A DNA stretch of 64,000 nt from a virus. Taxonomy: Duplodnaviria; Caudoviricetes. The first letter of the stretch is position 1; the number at the start of each line of letters is the position of its first letter. Below are positions 1-9,851 of the stretch, one piece after another. A model generated the notes under the pieces. The model was not told the DNA's origin, did no database searches, and worked only from the letters and a program-made list of their open reading frames with translations. Made by a program: the position numbers and the translations under genes. The stretch lies in IMG/VR virus record IMGVR_UViG_3300021963_000022. One strand, given 5' to 3'.

Positions 1-2471
1 ACAGGACTACTGCGAGTTACTACATCGTTTAGTCCTAACTGTCCGTAACTATTAGAGCCCCATGCCCACAATGTGCCATCTATTTTTTTAGCAAAAACAC
101 TACTACTAGCAACATCATCGCCACCTGTGCTAACATAATCCCAATTAGTATCAGTACCAATCTGGGTCGGACTTGATCGAGATACAGTAGAGATCAAACC
201 TAAAGGCGGTCCGCCATAGCCTGTAACCCATAGTGTACCATTTGTTTTAACAATGTACATGTTAACAATACCTGCTCTTAAATTTCTCCAGTCAGTATTA
301 CTACCAATTTGAGTTGGGCTACTACGATACACTTGATCGTTTAGTCCTAACTGTCCCCATGCATTGCTACCCCAGGTCCATAAACTACCATCTTTCTTGA
401 TTGCCGCGGCGTAGATGCCGGCCGACACAGTAATAGCTTCCCAATCAGAACCATTTCCTATTTGCACAGGGGCACTACGGTATATCGTATCACCCAAACC
501 CAGTTGACCTGAATCATTAGGACCCCAAGCCCATAATGTACCGTCAGTTAAAAGTCCTAATGACATAGCTTGTGTAGCATTTGGCCCGCCGCTTAATACA
601 GTTTTCCAACTTCTAAGCTGACCGACTTGTACCGGACTAGACCTGTTGATAGTGGAGTTTATACCTAGTTGCCCTTCTTGATTAGCACCTACTGAATATA
701 AATATAATTCAGGATTAGGAGTATCTACAGGTATAACACTATCACTTGCGCTACTTGGTGCACTAGTACCTATACTATTAGTTGCTGTTACTGTAAATGT
801 ATAACTTGTGCCTGGTATTAAGTTATTAACAATAATACCGCCACCACCTGACTTGTTAGATAGTGTACCTGTATATCCACCCGGTGTGCTTGTTGCAGTA
901 TATGTTACATAACTATATGTACCTGTAACAATTGGAGCCGCAAAGCTAACACGTACGCTAGTAGATGATACTGCTTCTACAGCTAATATAGTTGGTGCAC
1001 TTGGTGCAGTTTTACTACCATTAAGAGCCATGACATAATTTTCACCTGAACCAACACTATTAACCCAAGTTGTAGAACTACCCACTTGTACTGGACTACT
1101 ACGATATACTAAATCATTTTGTCCTAGTTCTCCTGTTTGATTTCCGCCCCAACTCCACAATGTGCCATCTGTTCTGTTTGCAATAGTAAATTGAGTAGAG
1201 GTAGTAGTTACTACTTTTCCGGCAGTAGTTATATTATTCCAGTTAGTATCTGTTCCTATTTGTACTGGACTACTTCTGTTAATAACAGTATTGTCACCCA
1301 CACTACCAAACTGATTATTACCCCAGCCCCATAGTGTACCATTAGTTTTTGTAGCAAATACACTAGTTTGTGTTGTAAAAAATCCACTAGACGATTTAAC
1401 AATCTTATACCAATTAGTTAGTCCTCCAATTTGTACTGGACTACTACGTAATATTACAGAATTAATACCTAACTCTCCGTTGCTGTTGTTACCCCAAGAC
1501 CAAAGTGTTCCGTTAGTACGAGTTGCCAATGCATTGTATGCCCCCCCACCTATATTAACCCAATCAGTATCATTTCCAACTTGTATAGGGCTATTGGCAC
1601 CAATTGGTGAATTTGTACCTAGTTGTCCATACGTATTATCACCCCATGCCCATAGAGAGTTATCTGTTTTTATGCCCAAACCAAAACTTTGAGTTTGAAA
1701 TATATCAACCCAATCAGTGTCTGATCCAATTAATACCGGACTAGATACTCCAAATAATAGTCCTATTGACGCTCCATTCAACGGTCCACTTCCAAATTGA
1801 CCCCATGACCAAAGAGTACCATCAGTTTTTATTGCAGTAGATGTATAGTAACCTACACCAACGTTATTCCATGTAGTTAATGCCCCAACTTGAATAGGGG
1901 AACTTACATAACTTACACCACTACCTAATCCAAATCCGCCATTATCAGCACGTCCACCCACAGCCCATAAAGTGCCATTATTTTTTGTTGCTAATGTATA
2001 TCTGTATCCTACAGCTAGCGTACTCCAATCTCCAGTTGATCCTATTTGTGTAGGACTACTTCTAGGTACGGTATCACTTAACGCTAATTGATAATATTGA
2101 TTTGTACCCCATGAATAAGGATTTATAGCAGGAGCACTTGTTGTAATGCTATTACTTGCACTACTTAAAGAACCACTACCTATACTGTTTGTTGCATATA
2201 CAGTAAATGTATAACTTGTGCTTGGTACTAATCCGTTTACTGTGATAGTACCAGAATCACTTTGTACTAATGTACCTGTGATATTGCCCGGTGTACTTAT
2301 TGCTGTATAGCTAATGATAGTACTATTACCGTTACTTGCAGGGGCAGTAAATGCTACCGTAGCACTATTTGCACCTGTTGCAGTTGCTGTACCTATAGTA
2401 GGTGCATCTGGCACATTAGTAGTAGGTAATGCGTTAAATCCGCCTGTAATCGTTATTCCGGTAAAATCCAT
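1..2471 (-). CDS. RCC1-repeat / fibronectin type III protein (partial, runs off the left edge; absent from ORF track)
   Basis: Manual translation from ATG at 2471 gives MDFTGITITGGFNALPTTNVPDAPTIGTAT. It has two FN3-like modules (e.g. SYTFTVTATNSIG) and many RCC1 repeats (DGTLWAWGxNxxGQLGLxDxxxRSSPxQIG). I saw no stop in the stretches I translated. An ATAAATA motif lies upstream. Confidence 0.85.
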   Translation of the reverse strand, partial: MDFTGITITGGFNALPTTNVPDAPTIGTATATGANSATVAFTAPASNGNSTIISYTAISTPGNITGTLVQSDSGTITVNGLVPSTSYTFTVYATNSIGSGSLSSASNSITTSAPAINPYSWGTNQYYQLALSDTVPRSSPTQIGSTGDWSTLAVGYRYTLATKNNGTLWAVGGRADNGGFGLGSGVSYVSSPIQVGALTTWNNVGVGYYTSTAIKTDGTLWSWGQFGSGPLNGASIGLLFGVSSPVLIGSDTDWVDIFQTQSFGLGIKTDNSLWAWGDNTYGQLGTNSPIGANSPIQVGNDTDWVNIGGGAYNALATRTNGTLWSWGNNSNGELGINSVILRSSPVQIGGLTNWYKIVKSSSGFFTTQTSVFATKTNGTLWGWGNNQFGSVGDNTVINRSSPVQIGTDTNWNNITTAGKVVTTTSTQFTIANRTDGTLWSWGGNQTGELGQNDLVYRSSPVQVGSSTTWVNSVGSGENYVMALNGSKTAPSAPTILAVEAVSSTSVRVSFAAPIVTGTYSYVTYTATSTPGGYTGTLSNKSGGGGIIVNNLIPGTSYTFTVTATNSIGTSAPSSASDSVIPVDTPNPELYLYSVGANQEGQLGINSTINRSSPVQVGQLRSWKTVLSGGPNATQAMSLGLLTDGTLWAWGPNDSGQLGLGDTIYRSAPVQIGNGSDWEAITVSAGIYAAAIKKDGSLWTWGSNAWGQLGLNDQVYRSSPTQIGSNTDWRNLRAGIVNMYIVKTNGTLWVTGYGGPPLGLISTVSRSSPTQIGTDTNWDYVSTGGDDVASSSVFAKKIDGTLWAWGSNSYGQLGLNDVVTRSSP

Positions 2472-2587
2472 ATGTGTTTATTCTATTAAAGAGTATTTAT
2501 CTCACTTAGGATTATATATTTGTATAGTAATCTTAGTTTAGCCTCATTATCTTGTATTTAGTTTAAGAAATAACGAGAGTTGAAATA

Positions 2588-3076
2588 TTATCTAAAAACA
2601 ATAGTTACTGTTGCTAACATCACAGGCACACCCATAGCCATACAACTTAGACCTATCAATACACGGTCAATCATATCAGCATGTGCCTTAGCAATTGTTT
2701 CTTTGCGTTTTTTCTCGGCTGCGGCACGTTCTTTATACATACGGACACGTTCAGCCATCATTTCATCCCATACATCTTTATTGCCAGACCATATTAATAA
2801 GTCTTTCAAATCTTTCTCTGCTTCTCTAAGTGCTTTACTATGCATAGCAATCTGCAAAGCGTGTGCTCGTATCTGACCATCAGTTAACATTGAATTATCA
2901 ATTTTTTCTTTTAAATCTGTACTAGCAGAATGCACTGTATCACAGTTTATAAAAAAACTACTAAATTGTTTATAAAGACTATTAACATCTTTACCCAAAG
3001 CTACAGCTTGTTTAATGTAGCCTACTGTTTTCTGTGCAGTTGCAAAAGCAATACCAATTGTGATAGGGTCAAGCAT
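2588..3076 (-). CDS. hypothetical protein with C-terminal transmembrane segment
   Basis: 162 aa ORF, coiled central part, hydrophobic C-terminus, tightly packed with neighbours. Confidence 0.75.
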   Translation of the reverse strand: MLDPITIGIAFATAQKTVGYIKQAVALGKDVNSLYKQFSSFFINCDTVHSASTDLKEKIDNSMLTDGQIRAHALQIAMHSKALREAEKDLKDLLIWSGNKDVWDEMMAERVRMYKERAAAEKKRKETIAKAHADMIDRVLIGLSCMAMGVPVMLATVTIVFR

Positions 3077-3230
3077 TTTTCTTAGGCTCCTTATTTTTTG
3101 GAGGAGGTTTATCCCATTCTAAACACACAACTCTACGGTTGTATACATCGCCAGTCCAAGTCCATCTTATACAACGAGGCTCTTTGGCTAGCATTCCTAC
3201 TAGCATCATTGAAGCAATAGCATTAACCAT
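3069..3230 (-). CDS. small hypothetical protein (53 aa)
   Basis: Manual translation MVNAIASMMLVGMLAKEPRCIRWTWTGDVYNRRVVCLEWDKPPPKNKEPKKNA; fills the gap with typical operon overlaps. Confidence 0.6.
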   Translation of the reverse strand: MVNAIASMMLVGMLAKEPRCIRWTWTGDVYNRRVVCLEWDKPPPKNKEPKKNA

Positions 3231-3231
3231 G

Positions 3232-4350
3232 TTATTGGCCCTGTGTTACTGTGATTTTAGCGCACCCACCTACTGTCGCACAGTTGAAATTGATTGAATA
3301 GAAGTTCTGAGTAGAACCACTCTGACTTAAACTTAAATCTGTAGTAGTACCTGATAATGTAACTTTAGCCATGTGACTAGCACTACCTTGTTGAAGTATG
3401 TCTACGTTTTTGCTTCCACCAAATAGACTAACATCAGCATAATGACTTCCGCTATCTTTCTGTTGAATTAACAATGTGTTATTATTGTTATTCACTGTAG
3501 CAAATATACCTTTGCCTCCACCGGTGCTTTGTTGTTGTAAATTTACATTGTTACTATTGCCAACGACTGAAGCATCTATATAATTTGCTTGTGTATTACT
3601 ATTACCTGATTGAGTAATTGTAATAGTATTACTACTACCATTACTGTAATATTTTGTATAGTTGTTTTTTGTACCTGTTTGATTGACAGTAATTGTATTT
3701 TGATTACCAAGTTGTTCTATATAAACCTGACTGTCTTGTGTTGTACGATTAATAAATGCTTGAACTTTTGCAGTATTATTAGGATCAGCACTAAATGCAG
3801 TAGAACTACCACCGCAACATAGACTCGGTGCAGCCGGTGCGGCTGTTTGTCCTGCGGCTAAAGGTTCAGTAGAATATGTTGCATTAGCATATGCATCTGC
3901 TTGTGCTATAGTAGGGTTCAATGTTCCAGTCCAAGATACACCACTAGTATTTGCCATTCCAGAACTACCACTAAACAATTGACCTGTATTGTTATCACTA
4001 CCTACAAAGAAAAAATAGTCAGGTCCCATGTTAACAATCTTACCGCTACCTAATGTAGCTTTTAGACTCCCTGCACTATTATATTGTTTTGCTGTATAGG
4101 GAAATGATGCATTGCCACTTAATTCAAACTTAACATAATCACCAGTAGCCCATTGCACTTGTCCACTAGTCCATGGTATCTTGTATGCGACACCGGGTTG
4201 TTTACTATATATTTGACAGGTAGTTGTATATAAACAAGCACTTACATTCCATTGACTATCAGCGATTTGGTATCTGCCAAATTTAACATCTGTTAAACTA
4301 GCAAAAGCATTACTACACAAAAATAATAGTAATAAGAATATCTTTTTCAT
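3232..4350 (-). CDS. secreted protein with C-terminal curlin-like repeats
   Basis: Signal peptide MKKIFLLLLFLCSNAFA; C-terminal IEQxGxxNxIxxxQxG-type repeats; lies in the csgFG operon. Confidence 0.7.
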   Translation of the reverse strand: MKKIFLLLLFLCSNAFASLTDVKFGRYQIADSQWNVSACLYTTTCQIYSKQPGVAYKIPWTSGQVQWATGDYVKFELSGNASFPYTAKQYNSAGSLKATLGSGKIVNMGPDYFFFVGSDNNTGQLFSGSSGMANTSGVSWTGTLNPTIAQADAYANATYSTEPLAAGQTAAPAAPSLCCGGSSTAFSADPNNTAKVQAFINRTTQDSQVYIEQLGNQNTITVNQTGTKNNYTKYYSNGSSNTITITQSGNSNTQANYIDASVVGNSNNVNLQQQSTGGGKGIFATVNNNNNTLLIQQKDSGSHYADVSLFGGSKNVDILQQGSASHMAKVTLSGTTTDLSLSQSGSTQNFYSINFNCATVGGCAKITVTQGQ

Positions 4351-4520
4351 TTGTTGTTTTTAACAAACCAATAATGTTTCTGTAACTCTCTAAGTACTTC
4401 GCTTTCCGGCTGCTTGAACTGTCTTGCCGCCATTTCAACAAAGTCTAACCATCTAAAATCATATTGTTCATTACCCTGGCACCATTGCTGATACATTAAT
4501 TGTAATTCTCTTCCCGTCAT
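4347..4520 (-). CDS. small hypothetical protein (57 aa)
   Basis: Manual translation MTGRELQLMYQQWCQGNEQYDFRWLDFVEMAARQFKQPESEVLRELQKHYWFVKNNK; ATGA overlaps on both sides. Confidence 0.6.
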   Translation of the reverse strand: MTGRELQLMYQQWCQGNEQYDFRWLDFVEMAARQFKQPESEVLRELQKHYWFVKNNK

Positions 4521-5611
4521 CTTTTTCTTATTCCTGAATTCTGTTTGATAAAGACCATATTACCTCCCGGTGATCCATCACCAATAAGTTCCGATGCTAA
4601 TGTATCGTTATGAATAATAGTAACTAATGTGTTTGAACTGTATCCCAGTGTTTTTACTTCAGCATAATGTTCATTCTCTGTATTACGATATGCCACACCC
4701 TTACCCCTACTTTGTATCTCTGATTCATTTTTTTCCCAGATGACGCAGACATTTGTAGCAGAATTACAATTCTTGTTTACAAACCCAGTAGTAAGATTTA
4801 ATATCCTTGCTTGTGTCTCATCACTATCTTTTTGTATAGCTTCATTTAACTTACGTGCTTGCTCTTGTTCTTCTTGTTCTTGTTCCATTTCTTTTTTGCT
4901 CTTACCATTTTGATTGTTAATAGCTTTAATAATTTCCAATGGCTTTGCAATAATCAAGTTGTTTGATATTTTTCTCTCAGTTATATTCATTACAACTGGT
5001 ATAGTAGGTGCTATATTATTACTTGTAACAAATGTACCATGAAATGCTTGATCCAATACAACTTTGCCAACCAATGTCTCTACTTCAATACTACCTACAC
5101 GGCATTTGTTTTCTTCTAATTCGTAATCTTTCACTTTTTCATCTTCTTTACAGCTAGGAACTAATACGATTAAGCTCTGTCCTGCTTCATCTACTGTCAT
5201 AGTGAAGTCAGTACCACGTACTGCAATACTTGCTGTTGGAGTTTTGATTGCTACTTGTTGACTATTTGTTTTAGCAATTTGTCCTGATGCATAGCGTACT
5301 GTACCCATACCAACTTTAAGTGCTAGTTTTCCTGCATCACTTTTATTGGGGTCAAACACAAAATCGTCTATAAGTAAACGACTATTCTCGGTTACTTTGA
5401 CTTTAGTATCATCTTTGAAAATTAATTGTACTGTGCCGTTTTTAGTAGAATAGATATCATTACTTTCGATACCAACACCTTTATTGCCTACAACTTTGTT
5501 TTTTCCACGAGTAATTTCACCAGGAGCACCTGTAAATTCCGATACGTTACCTATGTTAGCATTTGCTGTTATACATAATAGCAAAGACAACAATATGAAT
5601 AACTTACGCAT
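4517..5611 (-). CDS. FecR-domain secreted protein
   Basis: Signal peptide; FecR-like motifs VQLIFKDDTKVKVTENSRL and IKTPTASIAVRGTDF. Confidence 0.8.
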   Translation of the reverse strand: MRKLFILLSLLLCITANANIGNVSEFTGAPGEITRGKNKVVGNKGVGIESNDIYSTKNGTVQLIFKDDTKVKVTENSRLLIDDFVFDPNKSDAGKLALKVGMGTVRYASGQIAKTNSQQVAIKTPTASIAVRGTDFTMTVDEAGQSLIVLVPSCKEDEKVKDYELEENKCRVGSIEVETLVGKVVLDQAFHGTFVTSNNIAPTIPVVMNITERKISNNLIIAKPLEIIKAINNQNGKSKKEMEQEQEEQEQARKLNEAIQKDSDETQARILNLTTGFVNKNCNSATNVCVIWEKNESEIQSRGKGVAYRNTENEHYAEVKTLGYSSNTLVTIIHNDTLASELIGDGSPGGNMVFIKQNSGIRKR

Positions 5612-5613
5612 TA

Positions 5614-6411
5614 TTATCTCGGTACTGCTGTTCTTGGTGTTGATATTGTACTTGCGCTACTAGTTCTCACAGTAATAGTATTGTGATCACCCGTAGTTTT
5701 AATGTCAACAGTTGTATCATTTGTACCTTGTTGTTGAGTAATAATACTATTGTAGTTACCTGCAATAACTTGTTTCAAGTTATGGCCATTTGCACCACTA
5801 GCATCAAATTGTTCAATGTCAAGTTTGTTATTACTACCGGTGATACTGATATCACTTATACCAAAACTACTTTTTAAATCTTTAGTAATTTCATTAGTGC
5901 TACCTGTAATTAATAATGTGCTTTGAATATCACTACCAATTAAGTTTTGAATAACAGTATTATCGTTACCAGTAATTGTTTCAGTAATGATGTTACGTAA
6001 ATTACTTGCATTTTGTACATCACCAACTGTTAGTTTGGTCTTATTGTTGTTTCCAGTAACTGTACTAGTGTAGTCGTTGTTATTACCTTTAATGTTATAT
6101 TGACCTAAATTGTTGTCACCTTTTTGAATCATAGTAATAGTGTTGCTATTACCACTAATAGTGGCATAGTTAGTATTACTAGGTGTGGCATTATCTACCC
6201 CACCGATGTTGTTAGTTCCACCTGTTTGTTCAAGTGTGACTGTGTTGGTATTACCAACTTGTTCAATATAAACTTTATTAGGGCCTGTAGCGGCAGTTTG
6301 TACCTGCGCCATACTAGTTCCTGTTAGCAATGATAATGCTAATGCTGAAAGCACCGTCTTATAGTTTTTATAATGCTTCATTAAAATACAGTAATCAGTT
6401 GTCCTGATCAC
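5614..6411 (-). CDS. curlin-repeat (CsgA/CsgB-like) protein
   Basis: Signal peptide ending AQ; N/Q/G/T-rich repeats (IEQVGNTN, IQKGDNN, QQGTND); directly downstream of csgG. The true start may be at the internal Met (MKHYKNY). Confidence 0.7.
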   Translation of the reverse strand: MIRTTDYCILMKHYKNYKTVLSALALSLLTGTSMAQVQTAATGPNKVYIEQVGNTNTVTLEQTGGTNNIGGVDNATPSNTNYATISGNSNTITMIQKGDNNLGQYNIKGNNNDYTSTVTGNNNKTKLTVGDVQNASNLRNIITETITGNDNTVIQNLIGSDIQSTLLITGSTNEITKDLKSSFGISDISITGSNNKLDIEQFDASGANGHNLKQVIAGNYNSIITQQQGTNDTTVDIKTTGDHNTITVRTSSASTISTPRTAVPR

Positions 6412-6498
6412 GCTCCTTGGGTTTTACCCTTATTTTTATTACCTACTTCTTTTTAGATATTTGATAGACTGTAGGCTTTTTGGTCTACCAAACATTGT

Positions 6499-7497
6499 TT
6501 ATTCTTTTACTTCTTCTTTCTTTTTACTGAATTTGAATATGTTTGTGAATCCTTCTGAGACCTTATTCCAGAAACTTCTAATTTCGTTTCCTTTAATATC
6601 TTTTCCGTTGTCGGGCTTAGATGGTGCGGTTGTAATTTTGGGGGTGTCTTTAGGTGAGGCTTTCTCTTGAACCAACTCATTTTTTTTCTCCTCTTTTTTA
6701 AAATTCCAATGTCCCTTACGAGCACCTTCACGTATTGTATCTATGACGGCTGCTTGTATGGCCATACTTGTAGCCTTGTTAATGCTTTCATTAATACTAA
6801 CACCAACTTCAGCTTCAATACTACTTGTACCTTCACTAGCAAAACGTAATACGCCTGCTTTGTCCATATAACTTAATACGGTTTTAGTAACTGTTACACT
6901 AGTTAATACTTCGCCTGTGCTAACGCTTACTGTTCTTAAATTGATAGTTACTGTGTCTGACTGATATTGTGTGCTAGTCCCAATACCTAATACTCTGACA
7001 CCTGAACCACCTGTTAATGTGTTGCTATCATAACCAACAATACCACCTTCAACCAATACACCGGCAAACATCATTGGGGGTAATGGTTTAGCATCACGTC
7101 CTTGATATTGTTCACGCATCTGACGTATCATTTGACGTTCTTTGATTAAGTTATCTAATCCAACACGTTCTAATACAACAAACCACTTGCTCTCACCTAC
7201 ATCTTGTAATGCTTTAATCAAGTAGCTTTCTGCACCCTGTGTAACTGCTGAACTTAAGCTAGCAATATTCTGTGTACTTTTACGTTGTCCTGTTTTATCT
7301 GAAAACCCATAGACAGCAATAGTAATAGGACCATCATTTGGTGGCAGTAACTTATTGTTATCTTTTTTCATATAAACGTTTTGTTCTATAACAGGCTCAT
7401 CAAATTGTTTACCCGTGATTGCATTTCTAGTACTGCTACTGATGGCACAACCAGAAAGGATAAGCACGACCGATAATAATAGTAATAGTTTTTTCAT
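6499..7497 (-). CDS. csgG: curli production assembly/transport lipoprotein CsgG
   Basis: Lipobox LSGC; motifs VYGFSDKTGQRK, WFVVLERVGLDNLIKERQMIR, GGIVGYDSN. Confidence 0.92.
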   Translation of the reverse strand: MKKLLLLLSVVLILSGCAISSSTRNAITGKQFDEPVIEQNVYMKKDNNKLLPPNDGPITIAVYGFSDKTGQRKSTQNIASLSSAVTQGAESYLIKALQDVGESKWFVVLERVGLDNLIKERQMIRQMREQYQGRDAKPLPPMMFAGVLVEGGIVGYDSNTLTGGSGVRVLGIGTSTQYQSDTVTINLRTVSVSTGEVLTSVTVTKTVLSYMDKAGVLRFASEGTSSIEAEVGVSINESINKATSMAIQAAVIDTIREGARKGHWNFKKEEKKNELVQEKASPKDTPKITTAPSKPDNGKDIKGNEIRSFWNKVSEGFTNIFKFSKKKEEVKE

Positions 7498-7979
7498 TAG
7501 AAGTAAAATGTCCCCGCTGGTACCTTCATTGTTGTTGTTTGTGATGGGTTAGCATTGTTAACAATAGTGATAATGATTAAACCATTATCTGCTCCATCAC
7601 CTAATTTCCAACTGATAGTATTGCCACCTAAATCAGGAATAGTTCCACAAATTACACCTTTTGTAGTGCAAGTTGATCCTTCACCGAACATACTATCAGT
7701 CAACTGTTTGGCTAGTTGACTATAAATTCTTGACTCTAAATTAGCTAAAAATCTAGCTTGAGGTGTATTAAGGGCATCACTCTCTACCTTTGCTTTTAAT
7801 GCATCGGCTAATGCCTTATTCTTGTCTTTTTGTAGGTCTTCTAACTGTTTTAACGTTAGTACATGGCTACTATAACCCTGTCCGCTGAAACTAGGGCTAT
7901 TAAACTGATGCGTTAATTCAGCCGAATAGGCTAACACAGCGAGCATCATTAGGGTACTTACTGTTATACCTCTTATCAT
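7497..7979 (-). CDS. csgF: curli assembly protein CsgF-like
   Basis: Signal peptide followed by ELTHQFNSPSFSGQG and FLANLESRIYSQL; adjacent to csgG. Confidence 0.82.
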   Translation of the reverse strand: MIRGITVSTLMMLAVLAYSAELTHQFNSPSFSGQGYSSHVLTLKQLEDLQKDKNKALADALKAKVESDALNTPQARFLANLESRIYSQLAKQLTDSMFGEGSTCTTKGVICGTIPDLGGNTISWKLGDGADNGLIIITIVNNANPSQTTTMKVPAGTFYF

Positions 7980-8065
7980 TATCTGCTCCGATCCGATAAA
8001 TATTATATATATATATTTAGTTGATTTACATCAAAAGATATAGTGTAATACATAAAAGGATATTT

Positions 8066-8347
8066 ATGGGAGATATATTTAAGATTATAGGTGACTTAGG
8101 GTTTCCAATTGCGGTTGCCCTTGCCGGTGGTTACTTTGTTTATTTGACTATCAAACTACTATTACAGGGTGTTCTAGGGTCAATCAAAGGTATGGCCGGC
8201 ATCATTACTGCACTTGATAATCGTGTAAAAACTATGAACCATGATGTTATTCGCATTGATACCATTGTTAGTAATGCTCTAGGTTTACGTCCAGATGCGG
8301 AACGTATAGCCCGTGCTGATGGTAAAACTGATGCTCGGAGGGATTAA
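8066..8347 (+). CDS. small membrane protein, paralog of 9531-9851
   Basis: AGGA RBS then MGDIFKIIGDLGFPIAVALAGG; one TM helix plus coiled region. Confidence 0.75.
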   Translation: MGDIFKIIGDLGFPIAVALAGGYFVYLTIKLLLQGVLGSIKGMAGIITALDNRVKTMNHDVIRIDTIVSNALGLRPDAERIARADGKTDARRD

Positions 8348-8559
8348 TGATTCAATATTGCGTTTATACTAGAGATGACAAATTTTTAGAAGTTGCTAGT
8401 TGGATATCAACTAACAATATAAAGTTTGAACCTCACTTAAATCGTACAAGATTTTGGATTCCGGATGGTGTATTAATGACAGAATTTTTATTAAAGTATG
8501 GTGACATTTGTCCTAGAGTTATGGAGTCTTCGGAGGGATACACATATGCTACATTATGA
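8347..8559 (+). CDS. hypothetical protein
   Basis: 70 aa ORF with start/stop overlap. Confidence 0.6.
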   Translation: MIQYCVYTRDDKFLEVASWISTNNIKFEPHLNRTRFWIPDGVLMTEFLLKYGDICPRVMESSEGYTYATL

Positions 8560-8734
8560 TTACACATGGGATCTAAATCCGAATAGTTTAATTTTTGATA
8601 AAGAATTAGACGTAGATCGATTTGGATGGGAAGAAGGTGACTACTTTAAGCTAGTAGAAGATAGAGAACTAGGTATTAAAAAGTTAGTCAAAGTTGATGT
8701 ATTAGAAAAATTTATCCTACAGGGAAAAAAATGA
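8498..8734 (+). CDS. hypothetical protein
   Basis: ORF in tightly packed run; true start probably at MLHYDY. Confidence 0.55.
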   Translation: MVTFVLELWSLRRDTHMLHYDYTWDLNPNSLIFDKELDVDRFGWEEGDYFKLVEDRELGIKKLVKVDVLEKFILQGKK

Positions 8735-8979
8735 TTATCACTATAGACCTATCTTGGTTATTAAACATAGGACCAAGTTTATATGAATTACTACCGTATT
8801 TCTTATTAGGTCTAGGATTTGGTATGGCATTTTATTATATGTTCTATGATAAAAATTCAATGACCGATTTAGCTCGAAAAAAACACGACTTAGAAGTAAA
8901 AAAAGAATGGTTTCGTATGTTAGCCGAACAGCAAAAAGAGAAGGCTAAAAAAGAAAAATGGAAGAAAAGTTATTATTAA
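8731..8979 (+). CDS. small membrane protein
   Basis: Hydrophobic N-terminal half, basic tail. Confidence 0.6.
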   Translation: MIITIDLSWLLNIGPSLYELLPYFLLGLGFGMAFYYMFYDKNSMTDLARKKHDLEVKKEWFRMLAEQQKEKAKKEKWKKSYY

Positions 8980-8992
8980 AAGGAGAATAAAA

Positions 8993-9529
8993 ATGGCAGA
9001 AGTAAAAACATTATCACGTTCAGAACGTGAAGCACAGCTTAAAGATAGAGCAGGATGGGTCATTACCGTCATTGCACTACTATTAGCAATTACAACTTAC
9101 ATGGCTAGTGGATTTAGTAGCAAAATATTATCTAACACTATTAAAGCGAATGATACTTGGAATTTTTATCAGGCTAAGTCAATTAAGCAATCTATTGCTG
9201 AGGGTCAATTAGAAGCCACCGCAGATCCAAAACGTAGGGAACAACTACAAGCTAAGATTGACAGGTATGAATCCGAGCCTGATAAAGGTGAGGGTAAGAA
9301 AGAGTTGATGGCTAAAGCATTAAAGATTGAAGCAGAACGTGATGAAGCCAAAAAACATTCACCTTGGTTAACATTTGCGGCAATGGCATTTCAGTTAGCT
9401 ATTGTGCTATTATCAGCTAGTATTTTAGCTGTTGATAAACGTATGTTTTGGGGTAGTATTGGTGTTAGTATATTTGGTTCATTACTATTAGCCCAAGGAG
9501 TTTGGCTTTTAGTCCCGTTGGTGATATAA
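8993..9529 (+). CDS. DUF4337-like membrane protein
   Basis: AGGAG RBS; motif ANDTWNFYQAKSIKQ; three TM segments. Confidence 0.75.
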   Translation: MAEVKTLSRSEREAQLKDRAGWVITVIALLLAITTYMASGFSSKILSNTIKANDTWNFYQAKSIKQSIAEGQLEATADPKRREQLQAKIDRYESEPDKGEGKKELMAKALKIEAERDEAKKHSPWLTFAAMAFQLAIVLLSASILAVDKRMFWGSIGVSIFGSLLLAQGVWLLVPLVI

Positions 9530-9530
9530 T

Positions 9531-9851
9531 ATGGATGTAGTAGAACTAATTAATAAATATGGCTTCCCGATTGTTATGGCAGTTGGGATGGGCTTCATTA
9601 TCAAATATGTTTGGGAATGGGCCACAAAAGAAGTTAAGCCAGTTATTAGTGATGCTAACACTGTTCTTATTGCATTGATTGACCGTATCAGGATGTTAGA
9701 TAATGACTTGATACGTTTAAATCAAAAAGTTAATACTGTACTTCATTTACGTGGTAAAACAATTGAGTTTGAACGTGTAGAAGCAGAAAAGCAAATTAAC
9801 AATATTAAAAAAACTGAAGATGATAAGGCTGCAAGTAGCGGAGAAGGTTAA
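9531..9851 (+). CDS. small membrane protein, paralog of 8066-8347
   Basis: Shares GFPI(A/V) and AL(I)DxxRxxxxDxIR motifs with 8066-8347. Confidence 0.75.
   Translation: MDVVELINKYGFPIVMAVGMGFIIKYVWEWATKEVKPVISDANTVLIALIDRIRMLDNDLIRLNQKVNTVLHLRGKTIEFERVEAEKQINNIKKTEDDKAASSGEG

Noticed and set aside
1-2100. Recurrent ~15-nt motif TTGTACTGGACTACT that looks like a CRISPR-type repeat
   Set aside because: The copies are degenerate at third codon positions and encode SSPxQ(I/V)G of RCC1 repeats in a long minus-strand frame; spacing is that of protein repeats.
1137-2876. Short plus-strand ORFs in the track (1137, 1480, 2314, 2580)
   Set aside because: They are antisense shadows of real minus-strand genes. 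The same applies to most short ORFs opposite long genes throughout the window.
8003-8015. (AT)n microsatellite as a phase-variation switch between divergent promoters
   Set aside because: It is short and expected in AT-rich intergenic DNA; there is no evidence of length variation from a single sequence.
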